Part shown: positions 19,527 to 27,245 of the stretch, piece by piece
How the letters are laid out: every line of letters starts with the position of its first letter
Numbering within the stretch: position 1 is the stretch's first letter
From: Candidatus Zixiibacteriota bacterium
GTDB lineage: Bacteria > Zixibacteria > MSB-5A5 > GN15 > FEB-12
NCBI GenBank assembly: GCA_040756055.1
Contig: JBFLZR010000002.1
Span: forward strand, 86,411-150,410
Direction: 5' to 3'
DNA length: 64,000 nucleotides
Translations under genes and position numbers: made by a program
The notes under the pieces: model-generated
Told to the model about the DNA's origin: nothing
Databases searched by the model: none
What the model saw: only the letters and a program-made list of their open reading frames with translations

Positions 19527-19994
19527 GTGATGAAAGAGGCTGATAACATAAAAATCATCTCGCGCAATCGCAAGGCTCGACACGATTTCGAAATCCACAG
19601 CACCATTGAGGCGGGCATCGAGCTGGTCGGCACCGAAGTCAAGTCGCTTCGTGACGGAAAAATCAATATTGCCGATTCTTACGCCTTTATTGAGAACGGT
19701 CAGGTGTGGCTTAAGAACCTGCACATTTCCCCGTATAAAATGGCTTCCGATGGCGGTCACGACCCGATGCGGCTGCGGCGCCTGCTGTTGCACAAAAGGG
19801 AGATACGCAAGTTGTCCGTGCAAACCGAGCAGCGTGGCATGACCCTGATCCCTCTTTCCATTTATTTCAAGGGGAAAGTCGCCAAAGTCGAACTGGCGGT
19901 GGCGGCCGGACGTAAAAGGTATGACAAAAGAGAAGCGATTGCCAAAAGCGAAGCGGATAAAAGGATCCAGCGCGCCACCAAGAAAGACTATTAG
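19527..19994 (+). CDS. smpB: SsrA-binding protein SmpB
   Basis: Track ORF of 155 aa, GTG start. IISRNRKARHDFEI...GIELVGTEVKSLR...LLLHKREI is highly characteristic of SmpB. Confidence 0.9.
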   Translation: MMKEADNIKIISRNRKARHDFEIHSTIEAGIELVGTEVKSLRDGKINIADSYAFIENGQVWLKNLHISPYKMASDGGHDPMRLRRLLLHKREIRKLSVQTEQRGMTLIPLSIYFKGKVAKVELAVAAGRKRYDKREAIAKSEADKRIQRATKKDY

Positions 19995-21497
19995 ATGAAT
20001 TCGATATACCGACTGATTTCCGTCAACTTCCTGATCGCCCTCGCCCTGGCTTTCGCCGCACCGATCGTGTCGGCCGAAAATGTCAAGGTCGCGATCTCCG
20101 GCACAACTCAGGAAATCAAAGCCTATAATGACCGCGAGATCGAATATATCTCTTTCTCGGAGTTCGCCGATATTATCGGCGGCTCGCTCGACTGGTCGCT
20201 GGTCGGTCACGAGATAATCTACACTCAGGATACCAACCGCTTTGTTTTCGTTGTTGGCTCGCCCTATTTCAAGCGCAACGACAGTTTGTTCAATCTAACA
20301 TATCCGGCGCAGTTTATCCAAGGTCAACTGTATCTGCCGGCCGTGACATTTATCCCGTTTCTCGATCACGTGTCCTACCAGAAGATAACGTGGGTGGGCC
20401 AGTCCAACACAATCAGGGTTGACTCGGAATATTTCAATGTTACCGATATGACGATGTCGGCTAAAGCCAACGGCCTTCTCATTGAAATCTATCTGACCAG
20501 CGCGCTGGCTTATGACATTTTCGTCACTGAAGGTAACTGGATCAATGTATCGATACGCGACGGCAAATTGAACATCCCGCGCCTCCAGTCCCGCCGGGAT
20601 TCCCGATACATGTACGACCTCAAGACCCATCAGCAATCGCAGGTCGGCCAGTTGTCAATCCGGCTCAAGCGAAAAGTCGACAAATGGACGCACAAGGTTC
20701 AGATGGATCCACCTCGAATTCAGATTTCTATTGCCGATGTAAATTTCGATATGGAACCCAGCGACACCACCCCGAAGATCGGCCCCGATGATAAAATCGA
20801 TGTGATCGTGATCGATGCCGGACACGGTGGAGCGCACTATGGCGCTATCGGGCAGAAAGGCACCCGTGAGAAAGATGTCGCTCTGGGAATCGCCAAGGAA
20901 CTGGCCAAACTGATACGCAAGGACAAGCAGTTCAAGGTCGTGATGACACGTGATCGCGATGAAACCGTCACACTTCAGGAAAGGGCCGACATCGCCAACA
21001 AAGCTTCGGCCGACCTTTTCATTTCAATCCACGCTAATTCGTCGCTAAAACAACACGTGCAGGGCTGGAACGTCTTCTTTCTGGCTCCCGCCAAGAATGA
21101 CTCCGCCCGCGCTGTCGCCCAGTTCGAAAACAGCGCCTTCTTCCGCGAGCAGGAGCCTGAAAACAACAATAACAGCAGCGGCCTCACCTACGATGACCCC
21201 ATCCTCACCATTCTCAACGAGATGATTATGACTGAATTCCAGGCGGAATCGCACGATCTGGCCATGATGCTTGATCGCGAGTTCAGGCGAAACCTGAAAA
21301 TCCCCGCCCGCGGCGTCGATCAAGCCGGGTTTTACGTTCTCAACATGGTCTTTGCCCCCTCCATCCTCGTCGAAGCCGGCTTTATCTCCAACCAGACCGA
21401 GGAGAAACTTCTTAAGAAAGACGACTACCAGAAGGATGTCGCCAAAGCCGTCTACGACGCCATTAAACGTTTCAAAGCCAAATACGAAAGTCAATAG
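19995..21497 (+). CDS. amiC: N-acetylmuramoyl-L-alanine amidase (Amidase_3, AmiC-like, with N-terminal targeting domain)
   Basis: Track ORF of 500 aa. Signal peptide, N-terminal AMIN-like domain, then IDAGHGG...SIHANS...GF.SN amidase_3 catalytic motifs. Confidence 0.85.
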   Translation: MNSIYRLISVNFLIALALAFAAPIVSAENVKVAISGTTQEIKAYNDREIEYISFSEFADIIGGSLDWSLVGHEIIYTQDTNRFVFVVGSPYFKRNDSLFNLTYPAQFIQGQLYLPAVTFIPFLDHVSYQKITWVGQSNTIRVDSEYFNVTDMTMSAKANGLLIEIYLTSALAYDIFVTEGNWINVSIRDGKLNIPRLQSRRDSRYMYDLKTHQQSQVGQLSIRLKRKVDKWTHKVQMDPPRIQISIADVNFDMEPSDTTPKIGPDDKIDVIVIDAGHGGAHYGAIGQKGTREKDVALGIAKELAKLIRKDKQFKVVMTRDRDETVTLQERADIANKASADLFISIHANSSLKQHVQGWNVFFLAPAKNDSARAVAQFENSAFFREQEPENNNNSSGLTYDDPILTILNEMIMTEFQAESHDLAMMLDREFRRNLKIPARGVDQAGFYVLNMVFAPSILVEAGFISNQTEEKLLKKDDYQKDVAKAVYDAIKRFKAKYESQ

Positions 21498-21506
21498 GAT
21501 ACATAA

Positions 21507-22349
21507 ATGAGCAAACCGATAAAATCCGATCGTGAAGCACCCATAGGCGTCTTTGACTCCGGGGTGGGCGGCCTTACAGTACTGAAAGAGATATTCAATC
21601 TCCTCCCCTTTGAAGACTGCGTCTATTTCGGCGATGTTGGCAGAACCCCGTATGGCGGGCGCTCCAAGGATATCATTACCCAGTTTACGAGGCAGGATGT
21701 CGCCTTTCTCATCGAGCAAAAAGTCAAGTTCATCGTGTCTGCCTGCAACACAGCGTCATCGGTAGCGCTGCCTGAAATCAAGCGGGATTATCCCGTCGAA
21801 ATGATAGGCGTAATAGAGCCGGGAGCCCGCGCCGCCGCCGAGAGGACAAAGGGTGGTAAGATCGGCATTATCGGCACTCACGCTACTATCGGCTCCAATG
21901 CCTACGCCAAATGTATCCATGAGATCGACCCCAAATTGAAAGTCTTCTCCCTCGCCTGCCCCCTGTTTGTGCCGCTGGCCGAGGAAGGATATATTGACAA
22001 AGAAGCTACTTATCTTATAGCCAGCGATTATCTTCAGACAATGAAGGATGTCGATGTTGACACACTCGTGCTGGGGTGCACACACTATCCACTGCTGAAG
22101 CATGTCATTGGTGATGTTATGGGCGACAACGTTCAATTGATTGACAGCGCCGAGGAAACCGCGCGGGTAGTCAACGAACTCCTCTCCGAGATGAACCTTC
22201 TCAACCCCCACGCGTCGCAGACGCCCTGTCCTGAAGGCGAGACGAAATATTTTGTCAGTGATGTACCGGAGCGATTTTCCGGTGTCGCCTCACGTTTCTT
22301 GGGCCGCGAAGTCAGCCGCATCACGAGGGTGGATATAAGCAGGTATTAG
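21507..22349 (+). CDS. murI: glutamate racemase MurI
   Basis: Track ORF of 280 aa. PIGVFDSGVGGLTV, SACNTAS and LGCTHYP active-site motifs. Confidence 0.9.
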   Translation: MSKPIKSDREAPIGVFDSGVGGLTVLKEIFNLLPFEDCVYFGDVGRTPYGGRSKDIITQFTRQDVAFLIEQKVKFIVSACNTASSVALPEIKRDYPVEMIGVIEPGARAAAERTKGGKIGIIGTHATIGSNAYAKCIHEIDPKLKVFSLACPLFVPLAEEGYIDKEATYLIASDYLQTMKDVDVDTLVLGCTHYPLLKHVIGDVMGDNVQLIDSAEETARVVNELLSEMNLLNPHASQTPCPEGETKYFVSDVPERFSGVASRFLGREVSRITRVDISRY

Positions 22350-22357
22350 CAAACCAC

Positions 22358-22963
22358 ATGCAACTAGTCCTGGCCACAAATAACGAAGATAAAATCAGGG
22401 AAATCCGGCATCTGCTCGATGACCTTCCGGTCACGATTATGACCCGAAACGATTTCCTTGAATTCCCCGATGTCGAGGAAACCGGAACAACCCTCGAAGA
22501 AAACGCTGTCCTCAAGGCCCGCGCTATCTCGGAATTCTGTGACCTGCCCGCTCTGGCCGATGACAGCGGCCTTGAGGTCGATGCTCTGAATGGCGCTCCC
22601 GGCGTATATTCTTCAAGGTATGCCGGTGAGAAGGTCACCTACGCCGATAACAATCGCAAGCTCCTCAAAGAGCTTGAAGGCGTCCCGGATGAAAAACGCA
22701 CGGCTCGCTTTCGGTGCGTAATGGCTATCTGCTGGGGAGTCGATGATGTCCAGACGGTCGAAGGTGTGGCGGAGGGTTTCATCGCGGGTGAAACATCCGG
22801 AAGCAGCGGGTTCGGCTATGACCCTTTGTTTTACTATCCACCGGCAGGCAAACGTTTCTCTGAGATGACGCTCGAGGAAAAGAATCTGGTATCTCACAGA
22901 GGAAAAGCTCTTCAGGAAGTCCGCACGGTAATAATCGACCGCCTCAACAGCCTTCGCGACTGA
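22358..22963 (+). CDS. rdgB: non-canonical purine NTP pyrophosphatase RdgB/HAM1 (dITP/XTP pyrophosphatase)
   Basis: Track ORF of 201 aa. LVLATNNEDKIREI, ENAVLKA and GFGYDPLF motifs of the Ham1 family. Confidence 0.9.
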   Translation: MQLVLATNNEDKIREIRHLLDDLPVTIMTRNDFLEFPDVEETGTTLEENAVLKARAISEFCDLPALADDSGLEVDALNGAPGVYSSRYAGEKVTYADNNRKLLKELEGVPDEKRTARFRCVMAICWGVDDVQTVEGVAEGFIAGETSGSSGFGYDPLFYYPPAGKRFSEMTLEEKNLVSHRGKALQEVRTVIIDRLNSLRD

Positions 22964-23006
22964 GCGGGACAATCAATCTGAATTTCACAGACATTGCTAT
23001 ATCAGC

Positions 23007-23160
23007 TTCTGATTTTCATCTGCGGAAATTGTGACCTCACGTCGCCACGACATTTCACTCCGTTGTGTCAGGTCTTGATTTCCGTCTTCGGAAATTGTGA
23101 CCTGACACCTCCATTAAATCTTAATACGGATTATGATTTGACCGTATCTTCGGTCAGGTC
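23007..23160. repeat. degenerate tandem direct repeat: two ~34-bp copies plus a third partial copy running into the 3' end of the GNAT gene
   Basis: R1 23007..23040 ttctgattttcatctgcggaaattgtgacctcac and R2 23073..23106 tcttgatttccgtcttcggaaattgtgacctgac share 28/34 positions, with a 32-nt gap. A third half-copy, gatttgaccgtatcttcggtcaggtc (about 23134..23160), lies inside the GNAT 3' end. The GTCAGGTC/GACCTGAC inverted motif recurs at 23067, 23099 and 23153. Confidence 0.4.
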
Positions 23161-23616
23161 CTTCTCGAAGAACGTCGCGCCATCGATTGGATTGTAGTAA
23201 TACGGTTGAACTGATTTGAAACCGAGCGACCGATAGATTGCCATCGCCTCGGCCATGGTGTCGATAGTATCCAGTACCATCTTGCGGTAGCCTATCGCGC
23301 GGGCATCTTCGACCACCTTCTCCGCCAGCGTGTGGCCTATCTTTTTGCCCCGGAACTGCGGCCTCACCCACATTCGCTTCATCTCACAGATAACGCTCGA
23401 AAGCTGGCGCAAGCCCACACAGCCGGCCGGCTGGCCATCGCACAGCGCCAAATACAAACGTCCTTCCGGTGGAGCATATTCTCCCGGAAGGTTGGCAATT
23501 TCTTCCTCGATATTCTGGAAAGAGAGGTCAAAACCGAGCGACTCGATATACTCCCGAAACAGCTCGTAAACCGCTGCCAGATGTTCTTTCGTGGTGGCCT
23601 GGATTATTTCAACCAT
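23131..23616 (-). CDS. GNAT-family N-acetyltransferase (paralog 1)
   Basis: Track ORF of 161 aa. Acetyl-CoA-binding motif RPQFRGKKIGHTLAE (Q/RxxGxG/A). Confidence 0.8.
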   Translation of the reverse strand: MVEIIQATTKEHLAAVYELFREYIESLGFDLSFQNIEEEIANLPGEYAPPEGRLYLALCDGQPAGCVGLRQLSSVICEMKRMWVRPQFRGKKIGHTLAEKVVEDARAIGYRKMVLDTIDTMAEAMAIYRSLGFKSVQPYYYNPIDGATFFEKDLTEDTVKS

Positions 23617-23640
23617 AAATAGGTTGTCGGCATTCCGAAG

Positions 23641-24102
23641 CTACAACTGTAGCTCCATGCGTATGACCTGGTCGTTTCCGATTTTATTAACCGCTGTTTG
23701 TTTGAAGCCGAGAATTTGATAGATCGAAATCGCCCGCTCCATCATGGGGATGGTCTCCAGGACCATCATCTTATACCCCATTTTGCGCGCCCGCGCGATG
23801 ATTTCCTCGGCGAGATTCCAGCCGATATTTTTACCCCGGAATTTGTCGCGAACCCACAGCCGCTTCATCTCACAAACCCCGTTCTTGACCTTCCTCAAAG
23901 CCACGCATCCGGCCGGTTTGTCCTCATACAAGGCCAGTAAAAGACACCCTTCGGGGGGGCCGTACTCACCGGGAAGTCCGTCGAGTTCCTTTTCGAACCC
24001 TTCGAAACAGGTTCGGTAATTGAGCCAGTTAGCGTATTCCGTGAAAAGCCCGCGAACGGTGGTAAGCTGGGCTGCCGTTTCTGCCTGTTTGAATTCGACC
24101 AT
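23641..24102 (-). CDS. GNAT-family N-acetyltransferase (paralog 2)
   Basis: Track ORF of 153 aa. Roughly half identical to the neighbour (e.g. LPGEYGPPEG, PAGCVALR, CEMKRLWVRDKFRGKNIG). Confidence 0.8.
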   Translation of the reverse strand: MVEFKQAETAAQLTTVRGLFTEYANWLNYRTCFEGFEKELDGLPGEYGPPEGCLLLALYEDKPAGCVALRKVKNGVCEMKRLWVRDKFRGKNIGWNLAEEIIARARKMGYKMMVLETIPMMERAISIYQILGFKQTAVNKIGNDQVIRMELQL

Positions 24103-24142
24103 CAGCCAATTTATACGTCAAAAGTCTGGTTTTGTCTACAAG

Positions 24143-24174
24143 AAAAAAGCGGGTGAGCAATGAAACTCACCCGC
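24143..24174 (-). terminator. rho-independent terminator of the dehydrogenase gene (minus strand GCGGGTGAG-loop-CTCACCCGC + TTTTTT)
   Basis: A plus-strand A6 run precedes a perfect 9-bp inverted repeat (24149..24174), 27 nt beyond the stop at 24201. Confidence 0.6.
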
Positions 24175-24200
24175 CCAGAAATAATATTCTCTGTGACGCG

Positions 24201-25319
24201 CTACAGCCTGGCCGCCACAGCCTCGGCGATTTCAAGAGTGGTGCTGGTCCCGCCCATATCATAGGTGCGAGCCTTACCCTCTTTAATCACGTCGGCAATA
24301 GCCGCTTCGAGCTTGTCAGCCTTGGCGTCTTCGCCCAGCCAGTCAAGCATCATCTTGACTGTCAGAAGCATCGCCATCGGATTGACTTTGTACATACCGG
24401 CATATTTCGGAGCGCTGCCGTGTGTTGGCTCGAACACGGCATACTTGTCCCCGATATTACCGGACGAAGCAAATCCTAACCCGCCGACCAGCTGCGCGCA
24501 GAGGTCGGAAACGATATCACCGAACATGTTCGAGGTTACCAGCACAGAATAATCCTGCGGGTTCTTCACCAGCCACATGCACATGGCGTCGATATTGGTC
24601 TCCCACAATTCGATGCCGGGATAGTTCTTGGCCACCTCGCGGGCGGTGCGAACCATCAGACCGGAGGTCTCGCGAATGACATTGGGTTTCTCAACCACCG
24701 TCACGCTCTTACGGCCGAATTTCTTGGCATATTCGAATGCGTCGGTAATAATATTGCGGCACCCGTTGCGCGTGTTTATGCGAAGCGACACGGCAATATC
24801 CTTGCCCGGCGTGGAATCGAAACGGGCCATCTTCTTGTTGTGTTTCTTAATGGCATCGCGGACCTCATCCGGAAGCGGATGGAATTCGACACCGACATAG
24901 AGGTCTTCGGTATTCTCGCGGAACACCACGATATCGATATCATCGCGATAGTTGAGCGGGTTGCCCGCGTACGCCTTGCACGGGCGCAGGTTCGTTCGAA
25001 GATTGAACTCCTGCCGCAGACGAACGATCGGCGAAGAGTAAACGAGCTTTTTGCCCTGAAGCTCCGGGATCAACTCTTTCTCCGCCTCTTCCTTGGGTTT
25101 CGAAGTAATGGCGCCGAAGAGGGCGCAATCGGTATTGTTGAGCAGGTCGATAGTACGATCAGGAAGTGGATTAGCCTCGGTCCGCCAGAACTCCCAGCCG
25201 ATATCTCCGTGGATATATTCGGCGTCGAGACCGACCTTATCCAAGACTATCTTTGCCGCTTCCATTACATCGTTGCCTACGCCGTCGCCGGGCAGCCATG
25301 CGATTTTGTACTTTGCCAT
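24201..25319 (-). CDS. isocitrate/isopropylmalate dehydrogenase-family NAD(P)-dependent decarboxylating dehydrogenase
   Basis: Track ORF of 372 aa. IAWLPGDGVGNDV N-terminus, SNMFGDIVSDL and EPTHGSAP motifs of the IDH/IMDH family. Substrate specificity is not assignable by eye. Confidence 0.8.
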   Translation of the reverse strand: MAKYKIAWLPGDGVGNDVMEAAKIVLDKVGLDAEYIHGDIGWEFWRTEANPLPDRTIDLLNNTDCALFGAITSKPKEEAEKELIPELQGKKLVYSSPIVRLRQEFNLRTNLRPCKAYAGNPLNYRDDIDIVVFRENTEDLYVGVEFHPLPDEVRDAIKKHNKKMARFDSTPGKDIAVSLRINTRNGCRNIITDAFEYAKKFGRKSVTVVEKPNVIRETSGLMVRTAREVAKNYPGIELWETNIDAMCMWLVKNPQDYSVLVTSNMFGDIVSDLCAQLVGGLGFASSGNIGDKYAVFEPTHGSAPKYAGMYKVNPMAMLLTVKMMLDWLGEDAKADKLEAAIADVIKEGKARTYDMGGTSTTLEIAEAVAARL

Positions 25320-25341
25320 TCGTATTAGCTCTCCCTAAAAG

Positions 25342-26265
25342 TTAAAGCCTGAAAGTAAGGTTTATTATATGTGATGTTCCCAAATCATTTTCATAAGGCA
25401 CGAAAGCATAGTCAACGGCGAAGTTGCGCTTGGTGAAAGAGGCGCCCGCCGTGATATTCTTGCTGTCATAGTTGAACATATAGCCCGCGCGAAGCTGAAA
25501 CAGCTCGTGCAGACGGCCCTCGGCGCCAAGATGTAAATGCGCCTCATCATCAACGATAACCACATCCGCCGCGCCGGTGTATTTTTCCCAGGTGTATGAC
25601 GCCCCCGCCGTATATCTCGTCGGAAGCGAGATATCGCGCGAACCCGGCTGACCTGATTTCTCCAACTGGAAATCACCGCCCAGGTTCGTCACCGATGCTC
25701 CCAGATTGAGATGCGGATTCGGCATGACGAGAAAGCCGAAATCGGCATTGAAAGCCGAGCCGCGCCAGCCCTCAATCTTCTCGATAAACCACCCCATCGA
25801 CAGTCCTACCGACACCTTCTCGGAGAAACGGTAAGACGCGCCGGACTTGAATGACACATCGTGGGCATCGAAATAATTCTCCGGCTCAAGTGTCGGAAGC
25901 AATCGCTGCTCGATTTCATCGATGACGGCGAACCGAATCCCGCCGTGCAGAAAGACTCTCCTTGACAAATTCATGGCGAAATACCCGGATTCGAGCCTCA
26001 CGTTTTCCCAGTACGATGTGTGGCCGAATGATGCGGTGAAAGCATCCAGGCCCACAATGCTCGCCGGGTTGTAAGCTACGCCGTTGGGATCATCGATCAA
26101 TGACACCACCGCGGAAGCCATACCTGCCGGACGAGCGCCATGCTCGATTTTCATCAACGCCAGACCGTCATCAGCCGAAACCGAACTCGCCGCAAACATC
26201 AATAGGAGCGCTATGGCCAGATATCTGAACATCATCAGCATTATTCGTCCTTTAGAACAGCACAT
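25342..26265 (-). CDS. PorV/PorQ-family-like outer-membrane beta-barrel (tandem paralog A)
   Basis: Track ORF of 307 aa. Signal peptide. N-terminal LMKIEHGARPAGMASAVVSLIDDPNGVAYNPASI resembles the PorV/PorQ N-motif. Ends in F-R-L. The true start is probably internal (MLMMFRYL...). Confidence 0.5.
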   Translation of the reverse strand: MCCSKGRIMLMMFRYLAIALLLMFAASSVSADDGLALMKIEHGARPAGMASAVVSLIDDPNGVAYNPASIVGLDAFTASFGHTSYWENVRLESGYFAMNLSRRVFLHGGIRFAVIDEIEQRLLPTLEPENYFDAHDVSFKSGASYRFSEKVSVGLSMGWFIEKIEGWRGSAFNADFGFLVMPNPHLNLGASVTNLGGDFQLEKSGQPGSRDISLPTRYTAGASYTWEKYTGAADVVIVDDEAHLHLGAEGRLHELFQLRAGYMFNYDSKNITAGASFTKRNFAVDYAFVPYENDLGTSHIINLTFRL

Positions 26266-27238
26266 CGAACGAGAAGATGTGCTCGGAACCCTCGTCTACC
26301 TTTTCGCTCGAAAAAGCATAATCTATCGCCGCCACGAAACCGCTGAGCTTGAACACATAACCGGTTCCGGCCGTGAAGCTCTTATCGGAATATCCGGTCC
26401 TCAGCGCGAACTGCGGCGAAAGGAAATACTCCAGGCCGCCATGCAGCGCGAAATCACTTTCCGTATTGGCGACCAGGTCGACCGCGGTGAGCAGCTTTCT
26501 GTTGAAAAAGCGCGCGGAACCTCCCGCGCCGAACTCAAGCGGTACTTTGTCCTCAACCTCGTAAGGCAGCGCCTCTATTCCTCGCGCGCCGAGGAAATTC
26601 TCGTTGTTCCACCTGTAATTTGCGCCGATATTGCGCACCACTATCCCTGCCTGAAGATCTCTGATTGAGGCGGCCTCCCTCTGTTCGCGGGTCTTGAACT
26701 GATCGAAATAAAGTATCAAGCCCAGGTCCAGCGAAACCGAGAAACTGGTCATCTCCGAAAAACTCGAATGAAGATAACTGCCGCTGATACCGGCCGCCAG
26801 AAAGTCTTCAAACCTTTTCGAAAACGCGAAACTGAATTTATGATTGTCCATTCCAAATTCATAACCCAGTTTGTCGCCGTCGGAGTTGCGGGCTTCAACA
26901 TCCCCCGAACCGGCATACAGCCAGCTGAAAGACAGCGCCGACTTGTTGGCGGTTGGGATAACAAACGAGGCGTGCGTCAATGTACGGTCGAGGTCCATCA
27001 GCCGGTAAGACGACGAGAAGAGAGTGTTTCTTATCTCGCACACCCCCGCCGGATTGAAAAACATACCCGCGCCATCATCAGCAATACTGATAAAGGCGCC
27101 GCCCATACCAGCCGGACGTGCCCCGATTGGAATCTCAAGAAACGGCGCGGCATAACCGCCATTACCGTCTTCAGCGCTAACGGTCACCGCCAATCCGAAG
27201 ATCACGAGGACAGATATAGTATACTTCCAAAACATCAT
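26252..27238 (-). CDS. PorV/PorQ-family-like outer-membrane beta-barrel (tandem paralog B)
   Basis: Track ORF of 328 aa. Signal peptide, then FLEIPIGARPAGMGGAFISIADDGAGMFFNPAGV. C-terminal FSFDVLF. Confidence 0.55.
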   Translation of the reverse strand: MMFWKYTISVLVIFGLAVTVSAEDGNGGYAAPFLEIPIGARPAGMGGAFISIADDGAGMFFNPAGVCEIRNTLFSSSYRLMDLDRTLTHASFVIPTANKSALSFSWLYAGSGDVEARNSDGDKLGYEFGMDNHKFSFAFSKRFEDFLAAGISGSYLHSSFSEMTSFSVSLDLGLILYFDQFKTREQREAASIRDLQAGIVVRNIGANYRWNNENFLGARGIEALPYEVEDKVPLEFGAGGSARFFNRKLLTAVDLVANTESDFALHGGLEYFLSPQFALRTGYSDKSFTAGTGYVFKLSGFVAAIDYAFSSEKVDEGSEHIFSFDVLF

Positions 27239-27245
27239 TGCCTCC

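Noticed and set aside
19515-20210. 231-aa minus-strand ORF antisense to smpB / the amiC 5' end
   Set aside because: smpB is unmistakable on the plus strand. The antisense ORF is a GC-rich shadow frame.
22964-23130. CRISPR array
   Set aside because: Only two full, divergent repeats (28/34 identical) and a partial third. No cas genes anywhere in the window. Reported as a degenerate repeat instead.
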